This document shows positions 11,301-20,125 of a DNA stretch of 56,742 nucleotides, piece after piece. Below the pieces are notes generated by a model that was not told the DNA's origin, made no database searches, and saw only the letters and a list, made by a program, of their open reading frames with translations. The translations under genes were made by a program, and so were the position numbers. This DNA is from a virus (taxonomy: Duplodnaviria; Caudoviricetes): positions 1 through 56,742 of the IMG/VR virus record IMGVR_UViG_3300042521_001523; one strand, given 5' to 3'. How positions within the stretch are numbered: the stretch's first letter is position 1; the number at the start of each line of letters is the position of its first letter.

Positions 11301-12745
11301 AACGGGAACAGTTCGCCCTGAGTACCGGGACGCTGCGCTGGAAGCGCAACGCGCCCTTCCAGAATAGGCGAAGCGCCGAGGTCAGCACCGGGGAACAACT
11401 CGCCCTGCGCAGCCGGGGGTGTAGCAGGAGGGGTTGGCTGCTGACCCTGGTTTTGGAGGATGTCGCGCGGCTCACGCCCGGTCTCGATGAACCGACCCGC
11501 ACCACCGAAGCCCGCACCCAGCAGAGCACCAGCACCAGCGGCGATCAGCGCGTTCTCGCCGTACCGCTCAACGGCATAAGGAGCGAGGGCCTTCCAATCG
11601 TTAGCCGTCAGCAAGCTACGGAACTGCGGGTCGAAAAGCGCCTGCTCCACCACCGTCTGGAGCGCCTCGGTCCCGGCTTCTTCCAGGCCACTGCGAACCG
11701 CAGCACCGCCCACCGACTTGGCCCGCGCCAAGCCCGTGACTGCACGCTGGCTGGCTTCTTCGATGGCACCGGACAGGGTGCGCGAGATGCTGCCCGCCAC
11801 ACGGCCAGGAGCGATGGCATCGATGAGGCTGGTCGCCAGGGCGCCGCCAGCAATCTGCAACTGGATCTGCGAATTGGTCACGTCATAGGCGGGCTGTCCA
11901 TCCGGGGTCCGCGCATCACGCGCCGCCTCATAGAAGGTGTTCAGCTGCTGCGGGAAGCTGGTGGCAAGGAGACCGCCCACCGCACCAATGGTGCGTGCAC
12001 GCGCCAGGGTAGCAGCCGTAGCTGCACCCGCAGCAGCACCTGCCGGACCGGCGACAAGACCACCCACAGCGCCACCGGCCAGGGCCGCCGCACCACTCGT
12101 CAGGACCGAGGGTACACCCTCAATCGCAGCGTCCACGATGTTGTTGAAGAGGGAGTTGCTGCGCTGGATCAGCGCCGACCGCTGCTGGTCGAACTCATCC
12201 TGACCCGTGATAGCTTCACCAACCCCGGCAATAGCACCGCCTATCTGGGGCGCACCCAGCATCTCAATACCACGACCCACGCCGCCAACGAGACCACCAA
12301 CAGCAGCACGACCGCCACGCGCCAGCAGCTCACCCGTACCCCGGCGCTCAGAAAACCCAGCAAGGTAGTCGGTGAAGCCGCGCTGTGTCAGCGGCTGCCA
12401 GCCAGCGCCCGAAGGCGGGGCAGAGGGGGTAAGCGACTGCGACGCCTGGAGCGCCGAACCCACATCACGGATATCGAACGCCCGCCCACCAGCGAACATC
12501 TGGTTGGTGACCGGGTTGTAGTAGGCCGAGGCCGCAGGAGCCGCAGGAGCCGCAGGAGCCGCAGGGGGGATGAGGCCGGGCGTGCCAGCACCCACCCGAC
12601 CCAAGGTCTGCTCCCGGAACGCAGCCCAATCCGCCTGTGACGGAGCAAGGTTGCCAAGGCCAGATGCCTGCGTGACGCTTCGCGGCGCCCCGGAGATCTC
12701 CAGCCCAAGCGCAATCTGGTCCGGGGTGGCGAAGAAATCAGACAT
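5327..12745 (-). CDS. Very large internal virion/DNA ejection (polyvalent-type) protein with zincin-like motif
   Basis: 2472 aa, last late gene; LAHEVFGH followed by AVEEYL; Pro/Ala-rich linker with repeated QGELF/QGDLF. Confidence 0.7.
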   Translation of the reverse strand: MSDFFATPDQIALGLEISGAPRSVTQASGLGNLAPSQADWAAFREQTLGRVGAGTPGLIPPAAPAAPAAPAASAYYNPVTNQMFAGGRAFDIRDVGSALQASQSLTPSAPPSGAGWQPLTQRGFTDYLAGFSERRGTGELLARGGRAAVGGLVGGVGRGIEMLGAPQIGGAIAGVGEAITGQDEFDQQRSALIQRSNSLFNNIVDAAIEGVPSVLTSGAAALAGGAVGGLVAGPAGAAAGAATAATLARARTIGAVGGLLATSFPQQLNTFYEAARDARTPDGQPAYDVTNSQIQLQIAGGALATSLIDAIAPGRVAGSISRTLSGAIEEASQRAVTGLARAKSVGGAAVRSGLEEAGTEALQTVVEQALFDPQFRSLLTANDWKALAPYAVERYGENALIAAGAGALLGAGFGGAGRFIETGREPRDILQNQGQQPTPPATPPAAQGELFPGADLGASPILEGRVALPAQRPGTQGELFPLGEGASFGVAPPPPGAQGDLFATQPTVAPAQPSEQLTLPFLTQPGQLDLFGGVSPPTAALPPEAPAPGTPVPAGQSDLFGFIPTPGPVMPPPVVPQRPAPRTPASFVVPGMATAPGQEALRRPAPQAAPAAQLGETQAGNQLLALRRQMELRQAEAQRAAQPPAPTAAERDYEAALAQATANQPLALDAEAVATGRNRIADNARRAVVRQFNQLTKAQQDEVLVGYGNSEASFLERVQALAPAQANRFRAELAAVAETAPGEAAIPTALPAPVAEIAPALAAPAMVQPAAPAAPATPTNLKRGRASAAKAREVEQGGVGQRTDVGGRLAGEGQDRLKQAKEQAGGGQAGRRNRPVQGGTAAQPQVTPTPAPAPAAEAAPPRPLEAPAAPVAAPVATSATPAAEQRAAAPTPEPEALPQNELEEAQAMATEANLTEGRRRIEAIAALIGWSKDGSKEAKAFAKDYLENEVGFDSFEYKAAEVVDRQQRLGKEAGDKLQLDDDFLTLGTIIEQVNAGAPLTAAMRLQASQAWTRLKKAGTDPAYGTGKLSDYIKEGPEFFNFGPRDEQTGIRPVVSKATPEAGRWSLNSWNTLTGARNVDGSPVRPLGAGRARMLVQTFLSKLATRPNVTVVANQEELRRTNPALYARANAARSQGDFATAEAAGYSFGDGNVIIFTDRIANEQHLRFVLAHEVFGHFGMRGIMPGNRFDALMERIYDTDPQAQAAADAAMEVRGLSKAEAVEEYLSDYAATLATNTVMRVWNAIKNILSSLGVRFGDSATRYFLDQSRRYVRDGSQGVTFNAEAVAQRLHAVETGLAGTGRFSPTAAFSASTRAQIFQAQVGAWPANLGETLNFIFEKGKDFANTFDDIKAKFFSLANYRALENPGLMEFDGLMGLANQITMATKDRLNEYLRPLMDAPEKTQARISEAMYAGRSYAIANFDNKLLRGEKLFSVSDDGNIVRNNAEAERLFKAGLLTKEQIRNGFSYTHSYEGLDGKPATISRKFAGFKDFSDADYELYVRARRAVMDVEFEMLQAEYASLAANRRVSYRELGQLMKDAKLDNADKAFVTAYVRKYGDLYSKDAEINSAGIQVLNPASMAEADKFLAAVNAAFIGRGTDRNAEVAKFFDSQSAADAFIEKMVAMKGRRKDLPEEMKFDLQNQVKQFYLNTYNLGVRERIARRGVATGYIPVLREGNYQMRLQAFVGDKPVEVKDSHQALLAYSQFDNEGGANTMAQQFNTELKGKTFELLARNANGEFVPTKVTLRATTGRVLDAVAADPQLNLQDFLYGMSLFGIDATPKVMEKLVTTLTRQENAARTRLEFSQTPGFDNTTGIYALSRHIESRASTIAKTTTRQPLRELMNLNLPSSRALWEGDEANVTRMRNEVARLTGEAKKDAQRQLDRAEYMFRTTNPEGRAGRSMVYYNQAAGTLSYLDGSQFVDESNFGAGPVASRVRAYTSMMQLGASVAQGALNLLSPYTNWMPYMASYNTKNAFGGGFGLGQVQSEYHKAFAKIGARGVTSMDMNRADFYDAGAKPTDPTLAKTWKPGVAQSPELQRRYGLTAEEARVVAREIREGKLIPAQSNALVATARGYMTNRWMRRFADTWMAPFNLSEQAARRAAFLAAYRLFRERAIAAGLSEAKASDRAREEAVRSIDLTLGEYSVLNRPPAWRNGIQSFLYMYKTYPTTVIQMLARLSRPAQLSTLGAMWLLAGATGLPFAEDLEDLIDTLAQGLGFRQGSIRAEIIRHIEGSFPGMSAVFLRGVVNQIVPADVASRTSAGNFLPGTGVALAGANVTRELQDILGPATGFVTGLASTARDVVTFPFSSTKTLEDVARSSPITFLRIMGDTSAYLSSGAVVDRRGYVVSPEMDAGTVITRLLGFYPERAATQYDVIRIAQRESDYQKEVVAAYRQAWIKATMRGDNQGARDIVEAVNNWNDGARGTPLEITRFVPNSVRALREAQRGAGERALRAAPRGAQDDIRQLMDALTE
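12531..12566. repeat. 9-bp tandem repeat GCCGCAGGA x~4 (encodes PAA repeats)
   Basis: Seen directly. Confidence 0.85.
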
Positions 12746-12760
12746 ACGCCCGTCCTTTTA

Positions 12761-14569
12761 TCAGCGTTGCCCCACCGTCAGCGGCTCGATAGTGAACGTA
12801 GGCTGCGCACCAGCGGCACTACCAGGGGGCGGCGGTACCTGGATTATGCGGGAACCACCCACGACTTGACCAGTGCGCTTATCGACAACGACCAGAGACT
12901 GCTGACCGCTGGCATCAGTGATCCGCTGCACGTCCAGCTCGGGGGCCGACTGCCGCAGGCGCGCCTTGACCTCTTCGAGAACGCCTTCGGCGCTAACCCG
13001 AGCCCGCTGCTGGATAGCTTCGCGTGCGGCGAGGACAGCCAGCTCGATGCGCTGCTGACGCTCCTGCCGAACCTGCTGCTGGAAGTTGGTGTCGAAGAGC
13101 ATACGCGCCTGAACTTCAATCTCCTGGCGGGTCACACCCTGGCGCGACAACTGCCCATCAAGGAACACGTTAAACGTACCATCTGCGCGCGGTTGGAAAG
13201 CTAGACGATTCCTGGACTCCGTGTGGAGCATACCAGCCAAAGGCGCCACGTTCCCGTTCTGGAACTGGGTGATCGCTGACATACCGTTCAGATACGTCAT
13301 CTCCTGGTTGATCTGGTTCATGCGCGTGGTGATCTGATCCAGGGCTGCCCGATCCCGAGCCGCCAGGGCCGTCTGATAGCGGCGCTGAAGCTGACCATAC
13401 TCCGTGGTCAGCCTGTTCTGGTCAGACCCAACGCGAGCAGCATCGTAGATAAGTGAGAGCGGAGCGTTTTCCGTACGCGCGGTGGTCGTACCCGCAGTGC
13501 CTGCCGGACTCCGAGACTGTGCAGCCTCAAACCGCTCGATGGCCTGCTGGTCAGCCGTGGGAGGGACAAACGAAGCACCAGAAGTCGGTGCCTCGAAAGG
13601 CGCACCTACGCCATCAGCGGTATAGGTTGCACGCTCAGTAGGTGTGGCCTGGGCACGCTGCGCCAGAAGCAACCGAGCCTCACTTGCCAGGGCAACGGCA
13701 CCCGCACTTGGCGAACCGAAGAATGACCGCTCGCCACGCGCGATAATCTGCCGCAGCTGGGCATCCGATTGAGTCCTGAGAAAGTTAGTGGTTGCATTAG
13801 TTTCAGTGGCCGGTGCTCCACCCTCAGGCGTCGCGCCCTGTTCACCCTGCGCCCCGGGCGTCAGACCGGTGGGCAGGCCAGTGTAATCACTGACACCCGC
13901 GCTCGCCAGCTGCGGATTGCCCGGCATATTCACACCAGCGAAGCGCCGCTCGCCAAACTCGGGGCTCACCCACGAAGGAGCCTCAGCCCGAGGTGCCACG
14001 GGGAGTGGAGCCTGGGGACGGGCAGCTGGGGCGGGTGCCGCAGCGGCAGGAGGAGTAACAGTAGCGGGAGCAGCGGCAGGGGGCGGTGTCGTGGCCCCAC
14101 CCTCAGCTGGGATAAAGCCAGGGGTAGCACCGAGGGGGCCAGTACCGGGAACCACTGGCACGGGGGCGGCAGCAGCAACCGGCGGCGGCGCAACCTGAGC
14201 GCGGAGAGCCGCGATAGCGGCGTTCTGCTCCGCAATGGTACGCTCAAGACCCTGGATCGTCAGCTCGCCGCGACGAAGCTCCTGGGGCAGCAGCTGCTGC
14301 GAACGGCTAACCCCAAGGGCAGTCTGCTTCATAGTGAGCGGGAACTGCTCAGCAGTACGAGCTTCTAGTGCCTGAGCACGCTTCTCAGCCTGCTGCGCCC
14401 GCTGCTCTTGAAGCTCACGCATCTGCGCAAGCTGGCGCATCTCGTCCATACGCATCGCGTTGGTCTCGATGGCCTGACCGCCCACGAAGCCACTACGGAA
14501 CGCCTGACCCGGGGACTCCGGCTGCCCGGAACCCTGATACGGCGTGTACTGGTAGAGCGAACCGGACAT
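12761..14569 (-). CDS. Putative internal virion/ejection protein
   Basis: 602 aa Gln/Ala-rich helical protein upstream of the largest protein. Confidence 0.6.
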   Translation of the reverse strand: MSGSLYQYTPYQGSGQPESPGQAFRSGFVGGQAIETNAMRMDEMRQLAQMRELQEQRAQQAEKRAQALEARTAEQFPLTMKQTALGVSRSQQLLPQELRRGELTIQGLERTIAEQNAAIAALRAQVAPPPVAAAAPVPVVPGTGPLGATPGFIPAEGGATTPPPAAAPATVTPPAAAAPAPAARPQAPLPVAPRAEAPSWVSPEFGERRFAGVNMPGNPQLASAGVSDYTGLPTGLTPGAQGEQGATPEGGAPATETNATTNFLRTQSDAQLRQIIARGERSFFGSPSAGAVALASEARLLLAQRAQATPTERATYTADGVGAPFEAPTSGASFVPPTADQQAIERFEAAQSRSPAGTAGTTTARTENAPLSLIYDAARVGSDQNRLTTEYGQLQRRYQTALAARDRAALDQITTRMNQINQEMTYLNGMSAITQFQNGNVAPLAGMLHTESRNRLAFQPRADGTFNVFLDGQLSRQGVTRQEIEVQARMLFDTNFQQQVRQERQQRIELAVLAAREAIQQRARVSAEGVLEEVKARLRQSAPELDVQRITDASGQQSLVVVDKRTGQVVGGSRIIQVPPPPGSAAGAQPTFTIEPLTVGQR

Positions 14570-14587
14570 TGAGACCCCCGGACTGCG

Positions 14588-15850
14588 TTAGGAGAAGAGA
14601 GACTTCTGCTGGGTGGACGACCGACCACCAAAGGCGCTCGCCAGACCGCCAAAGGCGCTCGCCAGATCCCGGTTGTACTCACGTTCGCGGCGCTCGACAT
14701 CACGGTAGGCAGGCAGCGCCAGAGTGGCAGCACCGGCAGGAGCTGTGGTGGGCATCGCGTTCAGACCCGCCGTCGTAGCCGTCGCCGCCCGAGCGTACTC
14801 AGCCGGGATAGCAGACGCACCAGCCTGACCACCAGCAATCTCACCACGACGGATGTCAGCGTCACTACGCAGACCAGCCTCACGGAAGCGGCGCTGCGTG
14901 CCAATGTTGGCCTGAGCAAACGCCTGCTCAGGATTGGCCGTGCCCTGCTGAAGCAGGCGCCGCGCCGCCGACACACGTTGGTCGAACATCTCGCGGTTGG
15001 TCCCCGCCAGACGGGAGGTCTCTTCAACGTAGGCGCGCTCCTCAGGGGTCAGCCCCTCGGGCGGCTTGTTGTACATGGTCATGGCAAGCTGACCAACGCT
15101 GGCAATACCAGACGGCGTAGTAAGACCAGAGGCAAGGTTACCCACAGCGCGACCCAGGCCCTCAGCCGAGAAGAAGCTCGGCGCAGCCGCACCAGCGACG
15201 CTACCACCAAAGCCCGGAGCAGCACCAGTTGCCAAGCCTGCACCGCCAGTAGCAGCGGCACCACCAGCAGGCTGGCCGGTCAGACCAGCCATGAACCCCT
15301 GCCCAAAGGAAGCCTCGGCTGGAACCGTCGCGCCACCAGCGGCACTACCGATGCCCGTGGTGGAGATCGGCGCTGTGGCAGCCTCGTAAGTCATGGCTGG
15401 AACGGGGGTATTGGCAAGCGTAGTACCAGCCTCTGGCACCCCCGGCGCCACACCAACGCCGCTCTCAATCGTCGTCGGGCCGTAATACCCAGCCTCACCA
15501 ACAGGCGCGACAGTAGCAACTTCAGGGCGGGTGTAGCTCACCGTAGTAGCCGTCTCTGTCGGAGCGCCGAAGAGAGCGTTCTGCGTAGCCTCGATACCGC
15601 CACCCTGGACGAAACCGCCCACAGCACCACCAGCGCCGCCGATCAGCGCGCCGCGACCCATATCGCCAGTGATTGAGCCGGACAAGGCGCCAGTGGCTGC
15701 GCCGTAAAGCGCGCCAGCTGCCGTCGAGGCCGCGACAGCCGTGCTGCCAAACACCGCAGTAGCGATAGCCGGAACGGCAAAGGGGAGTGCGACAGCGGCC
15801 ACAATGCCGATAGCTGCACCAAGAATGCCCTTGCTCTTCTTACCACCCAT
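14588..15850 (-). CDS. Putative DNA ejection (pilot) protein
   Basis: MGGKK start, Gly/Ala-rich hydrophobic N-terminus, LASAFGG x2 at C-terminus. Confidence 0.6.
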   Translation of the reverse strand: MGGKKSKGILGAAIGIVAAVALPFAVPAIATAVFGSTAVAASTAAGALYGAATGALSGSITGDMGRGALIGGAGGAVGGFVQGGGIEATQNALFGAPTETATTVSYTRPEVATVAPVGEAGYYGPTTIESGVGVAPGVPEAGTTLANTPVPAMTYEAATAPISTTGIGSAAGGATVPAEASFGQGFMAGLTGQPAGGAAATGGAGLATGAAPGFGGSVAGAAAPSFFSAEGLGRAVGNLASGLTTPSGIASVGQLAMTMYNKPPEGLTPEERAYVEETSRLAGTNREMFDQRVSAARRLLQQGTANPEQAFAQANIGTQRRFREAGLRSDADIRRGEIAGGQAGASAIPAEYARAATATTAGLNAMPTTAPAGAATLALPAYRDVERREREYNRDLASAFGGLASAFGGRSSTQQKSLFS

Positions 15851-15859
15851 GACGGCCTC

Positions 15860-16288
15860 CTACAGTGCCATTCTAACGTATGAACAAGTTTCGGTGAACC
15901 CAAACTTGCGCAGGTAGATCTGAGCCAGTCGGGGCTCAGCATAGGCATCCACGTACTGTGCGCCGTTTTCCTTGAACCACGCAAGGATAGACGGCCAGAA
16001 CGCAGCCTTAAATGCAGTCAGGTCCCGACCTGCAACCGCCAGGATGGTGGCAGTCCGTACACCCTTGGAGCGCCCAAACTCAAACGCTAGGACCATGGCA
16101 AGGTCGTCGCCATCATAGAACGCCAGGACGTGACAGACCCCATGGATAGCAGCGTGCCAAATACCCTCAGCATTCAGGGGATCAGGAGCGTGACCACTAG
16201 ACTGAACCACCTGATTTATGAGCGGTTCAATGCTAGACCACAGCTCCTTAACCTGCCCAGGATCTAGCAGCTCAACTCGACGAGTCAT
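15860..16288 (-). CDS. Hypothetical protein, possibly GNAT-like virion assembly protein
   Basis: 142 aa; YLRKFGF C-terminal GNAT-like motif; position before ejection genes. Confidence 0.5.
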   Translation of the reverse strand: MTRRVELLDPGQVKELWSSIEPLINQVVQSSGHAPDPLNAEGIWHAAIHGVCHVLAFYDGDDLAMVLAFEFGRSKGVRTATILAVAGRDLTAFKAAFWPSILAWFKENGAQYVDAYAEPRLAQIYLRKFGFTETCSYVRMAL

Positions 16289-17093
16289 CGCTGTATTCTT
16301 CGCTCTCGTAGCTCTCTTCCATCTTGTTCTTCGGCTTGCCGCTCTTGGTGTAGGACGCCAACATCTTGTCGAAGAACTCGGTGCCCTTGGCCTTCACGAT
16401 GTGCGCCGGGATGACGTACTCGCCCTCATGGAGCTTGGCGACCACAGGATCGCTCCTGCTATCGCCCTTGTTGGGGACCGGCCCGCCAGCCTTGAAGGAA
16501 GGGATGACCCCGCCCTGCATACCGCCCTGCATACCGCCCTGCATACCCGCCTGCATGGCCTCACCCATCAGCACCAGGATGAACACCAGGCCGGGGTCGA
16601 ACTGCTCGCTGATCTCGCCGGGTTCAGCCACGCCACGCTGGATGGCGATGCGCCGTAGCTGAGGATAGAGCGCCGGGTTCTGGGCTGCCGAACGGGCCAT
16701 CTGGATGACCATGTTCAGCTCTTCGCGGGTCAACTCGCCGGTCTGAAGCAGCCGCTGAAGCTCGGCCAGCATCTGCTGTACCTGCTGTGGATGCTGCTGC
16801 ACGAAGCGTTGAGCCTCGGGGATAATCTGCTCAGGGCGCAGCATCTGCTGCGACGCGCCGGGCGGGGCAAGACCAGGAGCGCCCATGCCGCTCAGCACAT
16901 CGGCACCCATCCCCGGGGGACGCATCGGCGTGCCGCCAGGGCCAACCATACCGCCCATTTGGAAGGAGGGCATCTGCGGTGCCATCGCAGCAGTGCCGAT
17001 CCCCATCGGCGGGGTGGGACCCATTGGCGTGGTGCCAACGTTGAGCAGGCTGGCCAGCGCCGGGGGCAGGTCAGCGGATGTGGTGTAGGCCAT
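16272..17093 (-). CDS. Putative virion protein (Met/Gln/Gly-rich)
   Basis: MQGG repeats (12-bp tandem ~16510-16550); GGPV..SD.V.AKLHEGEYVIPA motif. Confidence 0.6.
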   Translation of the reverse strand: MAYTTSADLPPALASLLNVGTTPMGPTPPMGIGTAAMAPQMPSFQMGGMVGPGGTPMRPPGMGADVLSGMGAPGLAPPGASQQMLRPEQIIPEAQRFVQQHPQQVQQMLAELQRLLQTGELTREELNMVIQMARSAAQNPALYPQLRRIAIQRGVAEPGEISEQFDPGLVFILVLMGEAMQAGMQGGMQGGMQGGVIPSFKAGGPVPNKGDSRSDPVVAKLHEGEYVIPAHIVKAKGTEFFDKMLASYTKSGKPKNKMEESYESEEYSDDSSS

Positions 17094-17443
17094 TACGACC
17101 CCCTCAGCTGGGAGATAAGGGACACAAGAGCGGACCGTAGCACGGCCACATCCTGTGAGAGCAACTGGAAGTCCCGCAGCAGAGCGGTGTAGTCATCTAG
17201 GGTGGGCACCTGAACACCTGAGATTGTAAAGCCATTGCCCTTGGCAGACAAGCCTTGGAACTGGGCTACAGCAGGTGGGCGCGTAGTAATGTTGGAGCGC
17301 AGCACAGCCGCACTCGCACCATCGGTTTCGTTGCGGATACCCGCCAGCAGCTCAATGTTCTGCTTGATAGCCTCAAGCGTACGGAACTGCCACTCATCCA
17401 CGCCGCTCTGCGGGATATCGGGGATACCGGTGAAGCGCGACAT
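17093..17443 (-). CDS. Hypothetical structural protein
   Basis: 116 aa, stop/start coupled with neighbours. Confidence 0.7.
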   Translation of the reverse strand: MSRFTGIPDIPQSGVDEWQFRTLEAIKQNIELLAGIRNETDGASAAVLRSNITTRPPAVAQFQGLSAKGNGFTISGVQVPTLDDYTALLRDFQLLSQDVAVLRSALVSLISQLRGS

Positions 17444-19866
17444 CAGACCGTCCTCAGGCTGATCGGAGTGCCACCTAGATAGATCGCCCGCACGCGCACA
17501 AGGCTATCGAGACCAACCTCAAAGGTGTCGGACTTGTAGCCAGTGGGCAGGCGGAACACGCTGCTGTTCGACTGGGTGGTCGTGAAGATCAGCTGCTTGT
17601 TCACGTAGAGCCGAAAGGTGATGGGATCTGGCGCATCCCACAGCTCCTCGGTGACCTCCCAAAGCGTATCCACATCCTCCCAGATGGAGGACCCTGCTAA
17701 GCCGGTGTAGTCCGCTACGACTCGCGCAGCGCCCACATTGGTAAAGTCCTTGGTGATGAAGGTCTTGGACTTCCACGTCATCGTGGTGCTGGGCTGCGTC
17801 AGATCATCCCACTGGTAGATGTCACCAGAGGTCCCGGCAATGGCATATAGGTTGTTGGTTATTGAATCGTACCACGCCGCCGTGAAGGCGAAGTTGTTAT
17901 CCACGAAGGTCGGCTCAGAGCGCCCAACCCCGGGCTCAAAGGTGATTGACGCCGTGGCGTGTGAGGCGATGTAGGTGTCCTTATAGGACACACCTATCAG
18001 CGTATCTGGATTAAGCGCCGCGTTCCAAGTGTCGCTGCTGTGCACCAGACGAGTGAACAGCTGCGCTGCCGTCGAGGGCGCATAGAGCACAAGACCATCG
18101 TGAGTGGCGTAGACCACGCCGAAGCTGGTCTCCACGATGCTGCGCCGGTTCACGCAAGGATAGCGCGCAGAGAGCCGCGACTGCGACATGACCGCCGGGT
18201 TTGAACCCGAGAGGATGTAGGGAAAATCCTCGGTCAGCACGAGTAGCGAGCCGCCGATCTGCGCCAGCCCAACGATGTTGCTATCGAAGGAGCGTGCGTA
18301 ATCCTCAGGCCACGCATGGAAGATGCCGGGCTCAGAGAAGTACACCGTGTTGCCGACGAAGCCAGCCAGAATGCTATTCTGGATCAGCGTGAGACCTTGG
18401 AGCGCGGGCGGCGGTGCATCGTAGTTCGACGTGCGCAGAATATTGGTCAGCGAGCGGAAATCAAAATCGTCGGTAAAAGTGTAGTCACCACCATCGCCCC
18501 AGTAGCGCGCCGTCGTGGTCGGCGGGTTCTCCGACACATCATAGTAGAGGTCACCCGTCGCCGCCACGGAGGTCACGTTGGCCGCCGTCTGCGCGTAGCG
18601 GATGGTGTACTCATCCACCACCTCAGTGACGATGCCGCCTGTGATGTTGAAGGTGGCGTCGCTGCACCCGCTGATCTTGAACCGATCATCCTTGAAGAGC
18701 TGGTGAGGGTAGGTGAAGGTCACCGTCGAGACATTGGTGGCTCGCGCCACGCGGCTGATGCTGTTCGGGAACCATAGCGTGGACACGCGGAAGTACGCAG
18801 CATCGGTCGTGCCCGCAAGCGTGCGGTAGAGCCGGATGCCACGGATGAAGTTACTACCGCTAGGCGGCACGGTCGGAAGGGTCGCCACAGTGACGACCTG
18901 CCCTTCCTTGATGAAGAGCGGGTCAGAGGGTGAGGAGCCAATGGATTCCTCTTCCCAGCCTGTGTACCACGTATAGAGGTAGGTGCGCCCCTGGACCTGT
19001 CCACCAAGATCGATGCGACCATCGGTGTTGGCTGTCGTCGTCACGATGGGACCGGGCGAGAAGTAGCGCAGCGTCGTCGAATTGATGACCGTCACCTCGG
19101 CGGTCGTGTTGAGATCGCCGATATCCCAGCCGACATCGCCCGACGTGGAGCCGGATGCTGTGTCGTTGCAGGTGAAGGTGTCAGTGCCCGTCACCGTGAT
19201 GGTGTAGGTGTTCGAGGTCGCCGTGCCAGAGGTGAAGCGCAACAGCACATCAGCGCCACTACTCAGGCCATGGCTCGTGATGGTGACCGTGATGGTCGTG
19301 CCAGTGCGGCTGTAGGTACCGGTGCGAAAGGCGAAGCCCGAGACCGTGATCAGCGCACCAGACTTCAGATTGTGCGGCGTGCTGGTCACCAGGGTAACGT
19401 TGTTACCCGCTGAGCGAGCAAACGAGGTCGTGGAGACGACCGAGAACGCTGCTGCCGTGGTGGTCGGCTTCACCGTAGGGAGCGGGAGCCCAAGCTCGTA
19501 GTAGTTGGTCGGGTAGGGTGCCGTGCCCTGGGTAGCCAGTGCATAGGTGCTTACCTTCGGCACCCCATCCCCGGTGTAGTAGAACCGCTGCTCACCCAGA
19601 GAGTCCGTCGCAGGCGTTACGATATCGACGGTGTTGCTCCAGGTGAGCCAGACCAGAGCGTCAGTGTCCGGGTTCCGCAGCGCATAGAGCGTGCGGATAG
19701 TCCCAGTCCTCGCAGCGTTGGCAACAATCGTTGGCTGCGGGTACGGAATAAGATCACCAGAGTAGAGCTTGCAGTTGCGAGCAACCTGGGCAGCAGTATC
19801 CGCCAACAGCTCCGAAGCGTTCTTCGGTGCTGTCCCCAGGAACTTGGTGATCTTAATCGCGGTCAC
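17443..19866 (-). CDS. Tail tube/nozzle (stabilisation)-like protein
   Basis: 807 aa beta-rich; VYFSEPG..HAWP, WKSKTF; position before ejection genes. Confidence 0.65.
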   Translation of the reverse strand: MTAIKITKFLGTAPKNASELLADTAAQVARNCKLYSGDLIPYPQPTIVANAARTGTIRTLYALRNPDTDALVWLTWSNTVDIVTPATDSLGEQRFYYTGDGVPKVSTYALATQGTAPYPTNYYELGLPLPTVKPTTTAAAFSVVSTTSFARSAGNNVTLVTSTPHNLKSGALITVSGFAFRTGTYSRTGTTITVTITSHGLSSGADVLLRFTSGTATSNTYTITVTGTDTFTCNDTASGSTSGDVGWDIGDLNTTAEVTVINSTTLRYFSPGPIVTTTANTDGRIDLGGQVQGRTYLYTWYTGWEEESIGSSPSDPLFIKEGQVVTVATLPTVPPSGSNFIRGIRLYRTLAGTTDAAYFRVSTLWFPNSISRVARATNVSTVTFTYPHQLFKDDRFKISGCSDATFNITGGIVTEVVDEYTIRYAQTAANVTSVAATGDLYYDVSENPPTTTARYWGDGGDYTFTDDFDFRSLTNILRTSNYDAPPPALQGLTLIQNSILAGFVGNTVYFSEPGIFHAWPEDYARSFDSNIVGLAQIGGSLLVLTEDFPYILSGSNPAVMSQSRLSARYPCVNRRSIVETSFGVVYATHDGLVLYAPSTAAQLFTRLVHSSDTWNAALNPDTLIGVSYKDTYIASHATASITFEPGVGRSEPTFVDNNFAFTAAWYDSITNNLYAIAGTSGDIYQWDDLTQPSTTMTWKSKTFITKDFTNVGAARVVADYTGLAGSSIWEDVDTLWEVTEELWDAPDPITFRLYVNKQLIFTTTQSNSSVFRLPTGYKSDTFEVGLDSLVRVRAIYLGGTPISLRTV

Positions 19867-19869
19867 TGA

Positions 19870-20019
19870 TTACTTCTTCTTACCGGCCATCGCGCAGGCA
19901 CCAGCAGCGCGGCACTTGGCGGGGGACGGGCAGTTCGCACACGGCTTGAAGCCCTTGACCATCCCACCCTTCTGGTAGGACGCCATCGCTGCCTTGGTCT
20001 TCGGCTTACCACGCATCAT
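19870..20019 (-). CDS. Small basic Cys-containing protein
   Basis: AGGAGAG SD; 49 aa with YQKGGMV and CANC..C..C. Confidence 0.6.
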   Translation of the reverse strand: MMRGKPKTKAAMASYQKGGMVKGFKPCANCPSPAKCRAAGACAMAGKKK

Positions 20020-20125
20020 CGGCTCTCTCCTAAATGACCGGCGTTGTGAAGGTGCCGGGGCAAATACTTTCATACCGCGAGGTCTAGTGAAAGGTCACTT
20101 ACAAACCGCACGGCTAAAAGCCGGA

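Noticed and set aside
12531-16550. Short tandem repeats as phase-variation loci
   Set aside because: Units of 9, 12 and 21 bp are multiples of three and encode low-complexity linkers
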